64,000 nucleotides of DNA from an uncultured cyanobacterium (GTDB lineage Bacteria; Cyanobacteriota; Cyanobacteriia; Cyanobacteriales; Nostocaceae), in NCBI GenBank assembly GCA_963740315.1, contig CAVUDP010000002.1:128001-192000 (forward strand), in the 5' to 3' direction. The translations under genes were made by a program, and so were the position numbers. Of this stretch, positions 1 to 10,844 are shown piece by piece. The notes under the pieces were generated by a model. The model saw only the letters and a list, made by a program, of their open reading frames with translations, did not search any database and was not told the origin of the DNA. Position 1 is the first letter of the stretch, and every line of letters begins with the position of its first letter.

Positions 1-387
1 GAACGGTTTAAAATCATAAATCGCAATGCGTTCACCTTTATGTACGGCGATCGCTACGTGCATAGATTCGCGGCTCTACTAAGTAGAACACCCATTTCAT
101 CAATAAAGACTAAATAATCTTTAGTCTATTTGTTTAACTTATTTCCAATATTCACTTCTTAAATTTTGGTTTCGTTGTGTCCTTGCTTGTCTACTACGCA
201 GCGTCTTTTTTTATTGTTTAATTTTGCTTCTTCAACCCACCACACATTGTACTTGTATTTACCCTGCGGATTGTAGGTTCTAGCCCAATATTCGCAATAT
301 TCCGCCCTCAAGTTTTGTCTGGGTACCCTTCAAGCATCGCAGCTAGTTGAACATCATATCCATCCTGCCTCACCTTTATAACGAATA

Positions 388-560
388 GGCGCTTGTTCGG
401 AATTAATAATTGCCACTGGTTCTGCTATTGTTGCATTTTGGGTGTTACCAACTCCCGCTTATGGTGGATTCCCCATGCAACCTTTGAGCAAAACTGCCCC
501 CGCTGATAACCCAGCTGTTACAAGAAATTTGCTTCGACAAACTGAATTAAAGTCCGTCAC
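388..560 (-). pseudogene. cmpA: 5' remnant of the CmpA bicarbonate-binding lipoprotein (BCT1)
   Basis: Manual translation from GTG at 560 (GGAG RBS upstream) gives MTDFNSVCRSKFLVTAGLSAGAVLLKGCMGNPP*AGVGNTQNATIAEPVAIINSEQAP. The LKGCxGNPP lipobox and xEQAP resemble CmpA. There is an in-frame TAA and recognisable homology is lost after ~388. Confidence 0.7.
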
Positions 561-885
561 TGTCGTCTCCTTTAAATAGTTCTATGTTTTTTTAGACATT
601 ACAAAACTTAAACTAAACTACTGGAATTTGCTAATATCAAAACGTTTGACTTGCTCTTAAAACAGCAAGCAGCAAGAGCGCAAATATCAATCTAGTCTGC
701 TTTGGAAAAAACTCGTAGCAAAGAATTAGATTTACGATGCAATTAACGTAAATCTGTTCGCTGGTTTGTTTTTTTACATTCTTAACTGGTGTTAAAACTA
801 GAATACAACGTTTAGCATAAAAAATATATACCCTAAATCGGTAATTATTAAAAAAATATAATATTAGTTACATAAGTAAAACTTT

Positions 886-978
886 ATAGTTGCCAAATAA
901 TCATAGCTTTACTGAATCCATCATCAATAAAATACAATCATAATGATTGATGTGAATCTATGATTGAGTTTTTTCCAT
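886..978. promoter_or_regulatory. Degenerate LysR (CmpR/NdhR-type) ATAG-N8-CTAT boxes upstream of the cmpA remnant
   Basis: ATAG-N8-TAAT (886), ATAG-N8-AATC (903), ATTG-N8-CTAT (946) and ATTG-N8-CCAT (963), arranged as two pairs with 17-bp spacing. Confidence 0.4.
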
Positions 979-1313
979 GAATAGCATAGACCCAACTACG
1001 GTAGTTACAAAAATTTACGTGAAAGTGAATGATTGGTATGGACAATCATATATAGCAAGTCATTATCACCTTCGTGCCAATTGAGAAACACAATTTTGAG
1101 CTTTTATGCGTGCGAACTATCTAGAATGGTTTCTAAATTTACGCAGACCTTAGCTAGTTCAATGCTTGCGACACATGGATGAACGGTTAGAAAGATTACT
1201 ACCTAATTGAGTATAAAGACTTAGGAGGTTTAACAGAAACCCATCTTATGATTGCCACAAAACCTATACCTGTAATTGGATTAAAGCGCGATCGGCGCTA
1301 TAGCGTTCGACTA

Positions 1314-3401
1314 TCAACCCGAATGCGGTTCCCCGAATAAAACCATCGAACAATTTATTGATGAAAGTAGCTTATTAGTTACGTCGCTAACTGCTAATCC
1401 TCCGGCTGTACGACGGCGCATAGAACGCAAGATTACCATGTCGTAGGATTTCGCTTGGTTAATAATAACTTTTGCTACGTCATCGTGACGAATTGTTTGA
1501 ATTACTACTTCTTTGCGAGATTTGCTGTTACTTAGATATGAGGATAGTTCTGATTCAAATAAAACGATTTCTTTCTCAGAGGTTTTACGCGGACGGACGT
1601 GCAGTAATGTTACGGATGCTTGGTTTGTATCGGCAAAAAATTGAGCAAATTGGATTACACGTAAGATTTGAGGTGTATTGCCTCCTACGGGAACAAGAAT
1701 GCGATGAATGTTTATTGGTTCATTTAGCAAGCGCATTACCGCAACCGGGCAATGTGCAGCCCAAAAGACGTTATCAATAACATTACCAAGTAAACGAGCT
1801 TGCAAGCTGCTGTTTCGACTCCAACCCATAACAATTAAATCGGCATTTTGTTCTCTGGCTGCACGACTAATTCCGCGTGCAATATCATCATCAATACGAA
1901 TCATTGGTTTAGCTTCAGCTTCAAATTCTTGACTAATTGTTAAAGCTTGCTGTAATAATTGTTTGCTTCGTTTGATGGAAAATTTTAACTGTGGATCGTC
2001 CATATGAACGTGGGCTTTCGGAATCGATAAAGGCACAACTATTCCTTTTTCATGGCGGGCTAATAATGCTCCCATTTCAATCAAATATCTTTGGGTTTGG
2101 GGATTGTAAACGGGTACTACTACTTTGAACAGATTGTTGTAATTCAAATTATCGGTATCTAAACTGAATTCTGCTTCTGCATCTACTTCTTGCGTTTGAG
2201 ATTTTTTTTCTAAACTTGCTTTGGGTATAGTTAATTTACTTCCAAATTTTGCTGTTAATATCGGACCTAAAATAGCCGTAACTAGCATTAAAACGATTAC
2301 AGTGTTAAAAACAGCATCTGTAATAATTCCAGCAGTTTTACCTACTAATGCAGCAGCTAAAGTTGCAGCTACTTGAGGTAAGGATAAAGACCACATTGTT
2401 AAGGTTTCATTCCAGTTATAGCCATAAAGTAGTTTAGCTATGAATGCAGCCAGAAATTTACTCAGAATTAATGCACCAACAATTGCGATCGTTAAAGGTA
2501 ATTGAGTACTAAGACTGGATACAAATCCGGATAAATTTATCAGCAATCCCATCCCGACGAAGAAAAACGGAATAAATAAGGTACTTCCAACAAATTCCAC
2601 TTTTTCCTCTACCGGGGAATGTCCGACTACATCATTTACAGCTAAACCTGCTAAGAATGCTCCGACAATTTTATCTACATTAATAATTTCTGCTCCTACT
2701 GAAGCTAAAAATACTGCTAATAAAACGAACAAAAATTGATTGCTTTGTTCGTCTCCAGTACGACGAAAATATTCTTTACCAGCCCAGTCAAAACCGAATA
2801 AAACTATTGCTGCGTAAATTGCTAAAGTTGTTAATTGGATAGTTAAACTAACAGCAGAAAATTCTCCAGCGCTAATGGAAACGCAAATTGCGAGTACTAA
2901 TAATGCCGCAATATCGGTAAAAATGGTTGCCCCTATAGTTACGGTAACGGCTTGATTGCTGGTGACTCCCAAACGGGTAACTATAGGAAATCCTAAGAGA
3001 GTATGAGAAGCAAGCAGAGAACCAATTAAAATTGAAGCATTCCAATCAAAATTAAAAAATCTTCCTACCATAGCCCCAAAAATTAGGGGAATGAGAAAAG
3101 TCGCAATTCCAAAGCCTAAAGAACGATCTTTATTTTTACGAAAGTCTTCTAAATCTATTTCTAAACCAGCAACGAACATGAGATAAATTTTACCAATGTC
3201 CGACAGCAATTTCATGGTTTCAGTTTCTGCATTTAAGATACCTAAACCATCAGGACCTAAAACGACTCCTGCTGCTAATAATCCAACTAATCCCGGAAGT
3301 CGCAAACGTTCAAAAATTGGCGGTACTACCAAAATTACTAATAAAAGAATCGTAAAAGCAATTAAGGGACTCTTGGCAAACTGTTGCAATATTTGTTCCA
3401 T
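1314..3401 (-). CDS. nhaS5: CPA2 cation:proton antiporter with C-terminal USP domains (NhaS5-like)
   Basis: Hydrophobic N-terminal half with GATIFTDIAAL and GAFLAGL motifs, then USP-like modules (ADLIVMGW, HCPVAVMR). Start placed at MEQILQ. Confidence 0.8.
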   Translation of the reverse strand: MEQILQQFAKSPLIAFTILLLVILVVPPIFERLRLPGLVGLLAAGVVLGPDGLGILNAETETMKLLSDIGKIYLMFVAGLEIDLEDFRKNKDRSLGFGIATFLIPLIFGAMVGRFFNFDWNASILIGSLLASHTLLGFPIVTRLGVTSNQAVTVTIGATIFTDIAALLVLAICVSISAGEFSAVSLTIQLTTLAIYAAIVLFGFDWAGKEYFRRTGDEQSNQFLFVLLAVFLASVGAEIINVDKIVGAFLAGLAVNDVVGHSPVEEKVEFVGSTLFIPFFFVGMGLLINLSGFVSSLSTQLPLTIAIVGALILSKFLAAFIAKLLYGYNWNETLTMWSLSLPQVAATLAAALVGKTAGIITDAVFNTVIVLMLVTAILGPILTAKFGSKLTIPKASLEKKSQTQEVDAEAEFSLDTDNLNYNNLFKVVVPVYNPQTQRYLIEMGALLARHEKGIVVPLSIPKAHVHMDDPQLKFSIKRSKQLLQQALTISQEFEAEAKPMIRIDDDIARGISRAAREQNADLIVMGWSRNSSLQARLLGNVIDNVFWAAHCPVAVMRLLNEPINIHRILVPVGGNTPQILRVIQFAQFFADTNQASVTLLHVRPRKTSEKEIVLFESELSSYLSNSKSRKEVVIQTIRHDDVAKVIINQAKSYDMVILRSMRRRTAGGLAVSDVTNKLLSSINCSMVLFGEPHSG

Positions 3402-3782
3402 AAGAATCAACTTTGAAAAGGGAGTAGGGAGTAGGGAGTAAGGAGTAGGTAAAAGGATCTAGATAGCGCGTAGTAATAAAAGCCAATATTAATCAATAAT
3501 GTTTTTTTTGTCGAATAATTAGGATTCTGTGAAATTAGTTTAACAAGCTTTCCCATAATAAATTTGGCATAAAAGGTATTAGTTTTAATTAAAAAACAAA
3601 GGTATTGAACATAAAAATTTAGCTAAATTTATACTTGTTATACTGAATTATAAATCGTCAATATAATATATACTCTTGTGATTCAAAAAGAACATTACCT
3701 ATTCCCTACTCCCTCTCACAAAAAAAAGCCACCCCTTGAGGCGACTTGGTTGCTTTTACTTTCTTAAAAAAGTCTTGAATAT

Positions 3783-5153
3783 TTAACTAGCAGCATCTGC
3801 TTCTTCTACAGGTTTAACTGGATCTTTAAACGCAATCCGTAAAAAAGGCGGTGCTAAAAAGGTTGTCAAAATCACCATAATAATAATTGCAGCTTGCAAG
3901 GGTTTATCAAGTGCGCCGCTAGCTGCACCAATTCCCGCAAATACCAGTCCAACTTCTCCCCGTGGAATCATTCCTACACCGATCGCCAAACGATTAATTC
4001 CCGGTTTCCCGAAGACTGCCCAACCCGTGATTACTTTACCGATTATCGCGACTACAATCAAAAATAACGCTAAAACTAAACCTTGACGATTTTCGGGAAC
4101 TATAGGATTAAGTACGCTTAAATCAACGCTGGCTCCCACAGTCACGAAGAAAATCGGCACCAGTATATCTGCAATGGGAATCACCTGCTCGTCTAATTCG
4201 TTGCGTTTATCGGTTTCATCCAAAACCAAGCCAGCAGCGAAAGCACCTAAAATCGCTTCTAAGTGGATGGCGTTAGCAACAAAAGACATGAACAAGGCAA
4301 AGATAAACGCCGGAATTACGATGTTTCCTCTGGTTTTGAATAATTCGGCAGTAAATACGAAGCTTTTATTGAAGAATTTACCCAGTAAAATCGAACCGAT
4401 TAGAAAAGCGCTGGCACTAATAATTAGATAAATGACATTGAAAATATCAACTTCACCAGTTTTAGCCAAACTCGCCACTACTGCTAAAACGATAATACCC
4501 AAAACGTCATCTATTACCGCCGCACCGACAATAATTTGACCTTCTGCTGATTTGAGATGTCCTAATTCCGATAAAACTTTCGAGGTAATACCAATACTAG
4601 TTGCAGTTAAAGCCGCACCTGCAAAAACAGCCGGAATTGTCGGCACGTTAAACAAAAACATCAAACCCGCAGTACCACCTACAAAAGGAGCAACAACTCC
4701 CACTATTGCGACAACTGCTGCTTGATAACCGACTTTTTGTAGTTCCCTTAAATCGGATTCTAAACCAATTTCAAACAGCAGCACAATTACACCTAATTCT
4801 GCCAAAATTGAAATTGCTTCGCTCTGACTTGCAAAAATTGACGTTGCCGCTTCCGGACTAATATCATCAAAAAGTTGTAAAGCACTCATTACCAGGGAGT
4901 TGGAAGCAGTGCCACCGCTTTCGGGAAACACAATCAAATTTAGTGCCGAAGCACCGACTACTACACCACCAACTAATTCACCTAAAACTGGGGGAAGATC
5001 CAGCATTCTGGATAACTCACCACCTAGTTTACTAGCGAGATAAATTACAATTAAACTCAGTAATACCCCTGCAAGAACAAAGGGTGCATTCTCAGCTTCG
5101 GTCGTTGCCAGGAAGTAATTTCCCGGCGCAATCAGTTCAAGTGGATAATTCAT
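3783..5153 (-). CDS. nhaS3: Na+/H+ antiporter NhaS3
   Basis: CPA2 motifs GAALTATSIGIT, GAAVIDDVLG and GMIPRGEVGL; lies directly downstream of bicA. Confidence 0.88.
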   Translation of the reverse strand: MNYPLELIAPGNYFLATTEAENAPFVLAGVLLSLIVIYLASKLGGELSRMLDLPPVLGELVGGVVVGASALNLIVFPESGGTASNSLVMSALQLFDDISPEAATSIFASQSEAISILAELGVIVLLFEIGLESDLRELQKVGYQAAVVAIVGVVAPFVGGTAGLMFLFNVPTIPAVFAGAALTATSIGITSKVLSELGHLKSAEGQIIVGAAVIDDVLGIIVLAVVASLAKTGEVDIFNVIYLIISASAFLIGSILLGKFFNKSFVFTAELFKTRGNIVIPAFIFALFMSFVANAIHLEAILGAFAAGLVLDETDKRNELDEQVIPIADILVPIFFVTVGASVDLSVLNPIVPENRQGLVLALFLIVVAIIGKVITGWAVFGKPGINRLAIGVGMIPRGEVGLVFAGIGAASGALDKPLQAAIIIMVILTTFLAPPFLRIAFKDPVKPVEEADAAS

Positions 5154-5236
5154 TGACGTATTAATTTATTCTCCGATTAAAGTCTTGACTAGAGCGAGTT
5201 TATCAGAATTTCTTAGTTATTTTTATTGAATTTCGT

Positions 5237-5269
5237 AACTTCTATAACTTCTATAACTTCTATAACTCC
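5237..5269. repeat. Short 9-bp tandem repeat (TAACTTCTA) x~3.5
   Basis: taacttctataacttctataacttctataactcc between bicA and nhaS3. Confidence 0.8.
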
Positions 5270-5496
5270 TTTAAAATATGTATTTTGTAATCTCCGTTAC
5301 TTCTAACTTTCAGACAAATATAGCAACGGATATTAAGGTTGGAACATCATATTTTGATTCAAAGGGAATGAGGCAATTAAAAAAAAAGTACTTGTGCCAA
5401 CATTCAATTAAACATTTCGTTTAGGTAGGGAGTAGTCCGAGGTTATATATAGGTAATCGGCAATAAAACTAGCGTGCCGAAATACTACCGTTATAT

Positions 5497-7221
5497 TTAC
5501 TGTCCGAATGCAGTTTCGTTGAATCCAGTAGTGGGATAGTTCGACGAAACATCATCGCTGCGATAGCTCACCAAGTTGAGTGCTTGCTTTAATGCTTCTT
5601 CACGAGAGCTAACTATATGATGTGGAGGCAAAATACTGAAGATTCCCAGTTTTTGCAATCTCTGCTTAATCTTGCCTGTAGCGCCGACAATAAATACGTG
5701 ACGACCTTTATCTACAGCGTCTTTAATCGCATTTTCTACCGCTAAAGAACTTGTTACGCCGAGATGTGGAACTTCACTCAAGTCTAAAATTAATACATCA
5801 TGATCTTTCATCGCGGTTTGTTCGCGGGCGATCGCCTTAGCAACACCGAATATCATCGGTCCTTCTAATTGGAACAGCAACACGCGATTGTTAGCACGAT
5901 CCAATAAATCTCTTTCTACATCGTTTAAGAGAATTGCATCGTCTGCATCGGTAACTGTCTTCACATCTTCAGAACGCAGGTTACTTAAACGTTCGATCGT
6001 CAAGATATTCGCAACGAATACCCCAACACCAACCGCAACGATTAAGTCAACAAATACAGTGAGAATTATCACGCCGTACATAATCAAGGCAGCTTTGGGA
6101 GATACCTTATGAGCGCGTTTGAGGAAGCTCCAGTCGATAATGTTTACACCTACTTTCAACGCGATCGCTGCTAATACCGCTAAAGGTATTACAGAAGTTA
6201 AAGGTGCAGCGAATAATACTACAACCAACAAAATCAATGCACGAGTTATACCAGAAAGCGCCGTGCGAGCGCCTGTTTCAATGTTAACAACCGTTCCCAT
6301 TGTCGCACCAGCACCAGCAATACCGCCAAATAATCCAGAAGCGATATTACCTATACCTTGACCGATTAATTCTTTATTAGAATCGTGTTCCGTGCGAGTC
6401 AAACTATCGGCAACTACTGATGTCAGTAAGGCATCAATAGAACCCAACATACCCAAAACCAAAGCGTCGATCAGCATGGTTTGGAATTCTCCTGCACTAA
6501 ATACAGGCATTACGAATTGAGGTAAGCCGGCTGCAACTTCGCCAACATCACTAATTCTACGGATATCAGCATTGCCAAAGAAAACAAGAGAAACAACTGT
6601 TCCTATAACTAAAGCCGATAACTGCGGGGGAATAAACTTATTTATCTGCTTGGGAGAAAATACCAGAATGGCGATCGTTAACAAAGCCAAAATGGTTTCA
6701 AGAGGTTGAATATTTGCGATCAGGTTGGGTATATTTTGCACCGTACCCATCACCCCACCCCCAGGACTTTTCTGTCCTAAAAACGGTGCTGTTTGCAGAA
6801 TAATTAGAATTATTCCAATTCCCGACATGAAACCCGAAACCACCGTATAAGGCATTAAAGTAACGTATCTTCCCAACTTTAATGCTCCAAGGATAATTTG
6901 AATTATCCCAGCCATTACAACTACCGTAAAAGCCATCGCTAACCCAGTTTCTCTGTCTGGAGCAGCATCTGTTAAGTGTATAATTACCGCAGTCATTACC
7001 ACCGTCATCGGTCCGGTAGGTTCGGAAATTAATGTTGGAGTACCACCGAAGAGGGCTGCAAAAAAACCAACAAGAATAGCACCATAAAGTCCAGCAGCAG
7101 GACCTGCACCGGAAGCTACCCCGAAAGCTAACGCCATCGGTAAAGCAATAATTGCAGCTGTTAAACCTCCAAATATGTCACCGCGCAGGTTCCTAAAATG
7201 GATTTGATTGGTTATTTGCAT
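5497..7221 (-). CDS. bicA: SulP-family Na+-dependent bicarbonate transporter BicA with STAS domain
   Basis: N-terminus MQITNQIHFRNLRGDIFGGLTAAIIALPMALAFG, motif SEPTGPMTVV and a C-terminal STAS domain (LEGPMIFG). Alternative start at 7236. Confidence 0.92.
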   Translation of the reverse strand: MQITNQIHFRNLRGDIFGGLTAAIIALPMALAFGVASGAGPAAGLYGAILVGFFAALFGGTPTLISEPTGPMTVVMTAVIIHLTDAAPDRETGLAMAFTVVVMAGIIQIILGALKLGRYVTLMPYTVVSGFMSGIGIILIILQTAPFLGQKSPGGGVMGTVQNIPNLIANIQPLETILALLTIAILVFSPKQINKFIPPQLSALVIGTVVSLVFFGNADIRRISDVGEVAAGLPQFVMPVFSAGEFQTMLIDALVLGMLGSIDALLTSVVADSLTRTEHDSNKELIGQGIGNIASGLFGGIAGAGATMGTVVNIETGARTALSGITRALILLVVVLFAAPLTSVIPLAVLAAIALKVGVNIIDWSFLKRAHKVSPKAALIMYGVIILTVFVDLIVAVGVGVFVANILTIERLSNLRSEDVKTVTDADDAILLNDVERDLLDRANNRVLLFQLEGPMIFGVAKAIAREQTAMKDHDVLILDLSEVPHLGVTSSLAVENAIKDAVDKGRHVFIVGATGKIKQRLQKLGIFSILPPHHIVSSREEALKQALNLVSYRSDDVSSNYPTTGFNETAFGQ

Positions 7222-7486
7222 ATTCTTCTCTACCATCTTTTGAGTAATAATTGTTTTTTTTAGATTTATACAATAATTTTCCTAACCTGCTCTAGCATTA
7301 AATCTTGGCAAGCAATAAAACAAACTATTATTGGCGATCGGTTATTCAATTAGCAAAAAATTTCCCACAAAACCCCGATCTATAGTAAATATCGTCTTGG
7401 ATAATAAAGAATATTACCATTATGATGATGAATTTTTACTTGATTATTTTGAGACCAGAACATAATTAGTCAAATTGCATTGCTAA

Positions 7487-7554
7487 TAAGTCTAAGCTAA
7501 TCATAGATTGATTTCTTTACGATCTTTTAATGATTTACATAGATGTTACTCTAT
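7487..7554. promoter_or_regulatory. NdhR/CcmR-type operator upstream of bicA
   Basis: Perfect ATAG-atgttact-CTAT at 7539-7554 plus degenerate ATAG-N8-CTTT at 7503. Confidence 0.6.
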
Positions 7555-7711
7555 GAAAGTATTATTTGCTATAACCAATAATACGACAAATGTGTAAAAA
7601 GTAAATAAGTAAATCTTTAAATTTACGAATAAATATTGAAGTTTTAACTTATCAAGTATCAGCGATCGCAGAATAGGCAATAGTTAAAAGTAAAGATTTA
7701 TTGCTTTTACT

Positions 7712-8578
7712 TTATTTTTGATAAAGGTTTTGCTGCAAGGTTTGACGCATCACATCTACAGGGACTGTCTCTTGTTGTAGCCATATCTTTAAAGCTGCTG
7801 CACCTTGTTGAACTAACATCTCTAAACCGTCGATCGCAGTTTTATCTGCAAGTTGGGCGTATTCTAAAAATTTTGTGGGGCTGGGAGTATAAATTAAATC
7901 GTAGACAATTGTATCTTTTGGTAGATGCGCGAATAACTCTGCGTCCACTGGTGAATTTTCAACTTGGGGATACATCCCGATGGGGGTGGTGTTAATTAAC
8001 AGGTTTGCTTGTTGAATTATTTCTGGTAAAGAATCCCATTGATGAACTTGTAAATTTACTTGTATTGGGGAATCTTTCCAACTATCGCGGAATTCTTTTA
8101 ACTTTTGTAAATTACGTCCTACCACATGAATTGACGCACAACCCAATTGAGCGCAACCTGCAACAACTGCTCTGGCGGCACCACCATTACCTAAAATTAC
8201 GGCATTTGTTTGACTCCAATCTTTGGTAAGCGATCGCAACGGTGCAATAAAGCCTTCGACATCAGTATTCGTGCCGATCCATTTATCATTTCTACGAACA
8301 ACTGTATTTACCGCACCTACAGCGATCGCGATCGGTTCGATTTGTGAAAGTAAAGGTATTATTGCCTGTTTGTGGGGAATAGTAGCGTTAAATCCGACAA
8401 CGTTAATAGCTGCAAATCCATCGAGGGCTTGTTTTAAATTCTGCGGTTGAACGGGAAAAGGAAGATAAATATAATTTAAACCCAACTTCGCCAAAGCTGC
8501 ATTCTGCATGACTGGCGATCGCGAATGTTCTACCGGATGTCCGATTATTCCAAGTAATTTAGTTGTACCCGTAATCAT
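7712..8578 (-). CDS. aroE: Shikimate dehydrogenase
   Basis: GHPVEHSRSPVMQN, NATIPHK, GAVNT, NTDVEG, GNGGAARA and DGLEMLVQQG motifs. Confidence 0.95.
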   Translation of the reverse strand: MITGTTKLLGIIGHPVEHSRSPVMQNAALAKLGLNYIYLPFPVQPQNLKQALDGFAAINVVGFNATIPHKQAIIPLLSQIEPIAIAVGAVNTVVRRNDKWIGTNTDVEGFIAPLRSLTKDWSQTNAVILGNGGAARAVVAGCAQLGCASIHVVGRNLQKLKEFRDSWKDSPIQVNLQVHQWDSLPEIIQQANLLINTTPIGMYPQVENSPVDAELFAHLPKDTIVYDLIYTPSPTKFLEYAQLADKTAIDGLEMLVQQGAAALKIWLQQETVPVDVMRQTLQQNLYQK

Positions 8579-8941
8579 GAGTTGTTAGTTATTGATATAT
8601 GTTTTAGCACGCAACGCACCAAGAGAAGATTTTTTAGAAGATTTTTTGGCATATTTTAATCTTGATGGTTACTACTATAGTTAGTATTAACTCATGAATT
8701 GTACCTGTTAAATATAAATAGTTACGATAGTATTACAAATTTATAAACGTCACCTATTTCTCAACATATTAATTTCGGACTTTTTTACGCCAAAAGCTTG
8801 GAATCATCGAGGGTAGAAGAACTTTTTGAGAAATTTGGCTATATCCGAAGCAGCGATCGTTGGGATAGTGGCGATTATAGGAATATAGAAATACAACTCG
8901 GAATTAACAGTTATTTATTTACTTACTTATTTAGGACTATT

Positions 8942-9229
8942 ATGACAACGGAAAACACGTTATTTGATAAAACCTTCCGCGACGACAATGGCAATATTGT
9001 TATAGCTCAACCGCCAAATCCACCGATTATTGTTTGGGGTGTTGCCAGTTTACTTCAACTAGTTTTTACATCCGGGGATGTTAATACAGGTTTATCCGTA
9101 TTGGCGTTTGGTTGTTTGTTTACTTGGGGATGGCTGGAATTATTCCAAGGAGTAAATTATTTTCGTCGCGGCTTGGGTTTAATTGTTTTGATTGGGGTTA
9201 CTGGATCGAGAATTCTGGCTTTGATTTAG
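8942..9229 (+). CDS. Small hypothetical membrane protein
   Basis: ATG at 8942 (MTTENTLFDKTFRD), QPPNPP and ELFQGVNYFRR motifs, three hydrophobic segments. Confidence 0.7.
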   Translation: MTTENTLFDKTFRDDNGNIVIAQPPNPPIIVWGVASLLQLVFTSGDVNTGLSVLAFGCLFTWGWLELFQGVNYFRRGLGLIVLIGVTGSRILALI

Positions 9230-9269
9230 GGAATATATAAATCATAATCAAATTTATTTGTTGCATAAC

Positions 9270-9400
9270 CACAATTAATTAGACGTAGCACAATTAATTA
9301 GATGTCGCACAATTTATTAGATGTCGCATAATTTATTAGATGTCGCACAATTAATTAGATGTCGCACAATTAATGAGACGTAGCACTGCTACGTCTCTAC
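9270..9400. repeat. 19-bp tandem repeat x6 ending in a GTAG-REP palindrome
   Basis: Units CACAATTAATTAGATGTCG start at 9270, 9289, 9308, 9327, 9346 and 9365; the last merges into GAGACGTAGCACTGCTACGTCTCTAC. Confidence 0.9.
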
Positions 9401-9407
9401 ATGATTT

Positions 9408-9860
9408 TTAGGATTGCAAATCTTCTAATTTAACTTGTTTACCTTTTTCGTCAGTGCGATAAACTAATTCGTTTTGCCCGTCGCTAACTACAACTTTCCA
9501 ACCGGGTACAATTACCTGAGCGCAAAGTTGATCTTTCTGTGCCAAGCCCAAACAACTATCTCCCCAATTTTCTTTTTGCACATCACTTATCCGCAGTGCA
9601 GCTACGGGTTTAGTGACGCGCTTTGTTGCATCTGATAATACTGCGCTTTTGACTATGGTAGGTAATCTATTAACAGTTGTTTTATCTGTTAGATTCGTTT
9701 CAATTTGGGAAGAATTAGTAGCTGTAGAACGTGCTTGAGTAGCTTCAACTTGTGGAGAATTTGTTTGATTATCGGCACAGGAAGTTGTAGAAAATACCAA
9801 TAAGCAGATAGTAACAACGAGCGTAATTTTAGTACGTGAGTGCAGCGGAGTATATATCAT
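9408..9860 (-). CDS. Hypothetical lipoprotein
   Basis: Signal peptide ending TSC; C-terminal WGDSCLGL...CAQVIVPGWKVVV...YRTD motif. Confidence 0.75.
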   Translation of the reverse strand: MIYTPLHSRTKITLVVTICLLVFSTTSCADNQTNSPQVEATQARSTATNSSQIETNLTDKTTVNRLPTIVKSAVLSDATKRVTKPVAALRISDVQKENWGDSCLGLAQKDQLCAQVIVPGWKVVVSDGQNELVYRTDEKGKQVKLEDLQS

Positions 9861-10117
9861 TATATATTTTGAAATCCTTTTACTTAGATTAGATTCTGAA
9901 GAGTGGGATGTATTCTTAAAGTAGATTTTATCTTATAAAATTTGTCAAGCGCACAACTCACTCTTTCCAATCCCCTATTGAATTATATTGCGGTAGTTTG
10001 AAGATAGGACGAATTGTAAAATAGTCGGACAATCGGGGAGGTAGTAAGAAATTTACTGTTAATTTTTAACTATTCAATCTAAAATCTAAAATCTAAAATT
10101 AAAATCAGGTTTTATTC

Positions 10118-10618
10118 ATGTTTACTAATTCTAAATTGTTTATGAAGTTAATTAAGGGCGTTGTTATTTTAGCAATGGTAGGAATATTTTACTGGCTGCC
10201 GATCGCGGGAAATGCTCAAGCTAGCGTCTGGGATAAAAAAGAAGTTACCGTTTATCGCAGCCCTTCTTGTAGTTGCTGTGGAAACTGGATAAAACATATG
10301 GAAAATCACGGTTTTAAAATCGCATACGATCTAAAAACCGAAAACATGGAAGCAATCAAGCAACATTTTAACGTACCTCAACAGTTAGAATCCTGTCACA
10401 CCGCAATTATTGACAATTATGTCATGGAAGGACACGTCCCCGCTGATGATATTAAACGTTTTATCGCTCAATCCCCCAAACAAACTGGTTTATCAGTACC
10501 CGGTATGCCTTGGGGTACCCCAGGTATGGAAATGGGGAATAAGAAACAGCCTTTTGATGTAGTTTCCTTCGATCGCGATCGTCAAATCAAAGTTTTTCAG
10601 GAATATCGCTCTTATTAA
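10118..10618 (+). CDS. DUF411 exported metal-binding protein
   Basis: SPSCSCCGNW, SCHTA, EGHVPA and GLSVPGMPWGTPGME motifs. Confidence 0.88.
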   Translation: MFTNSKLFMKLIKGVVILAMVGIFYWLPIAGNAQASVWDKKEVTVYRSPSCSCCGNWIKHMENHGFKIAYDLKTENMEAIKQHFNVPQQLESCHTAIIDNYVMEGHVPADDIKRFIAQSPKQTGLSVPGMPWGTPGMEMGNKKQPFDVVSFDRDRQIKVFQEYRSY

Positions 10619-10844
10619 AAAAAGTTAGGAGTTAGGACCACCGGAATGAGGAGTTACAAGTTGAAAATAAACTTGGAATATAAATAGGACTTAGCAAAAA
10701 GGTACATTTTTCTTGTAGGGGAGGCAAAATGCGGTGTGGATTTTCTTCCCCCCTTATTGCCGTTGTGTGACGCTATAAGTTAATTTGAACGTAGCAATAA
10801 GGAAAGTAGCGTCACGCACCATCAACCATTTGTGACTTCTTTAT

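Noticed and set aside
1..330. Further ORFs at the left edge
   Set aside because: Short open stretches on the minus strand with no recognisable family; the window edge prevents assessment.
9270..9383. Mini-CRISPR or replication iterons
   Set aside because: Contiguous 19-bp units with no spacers and no rep gene; explained as REP-flank amplification.
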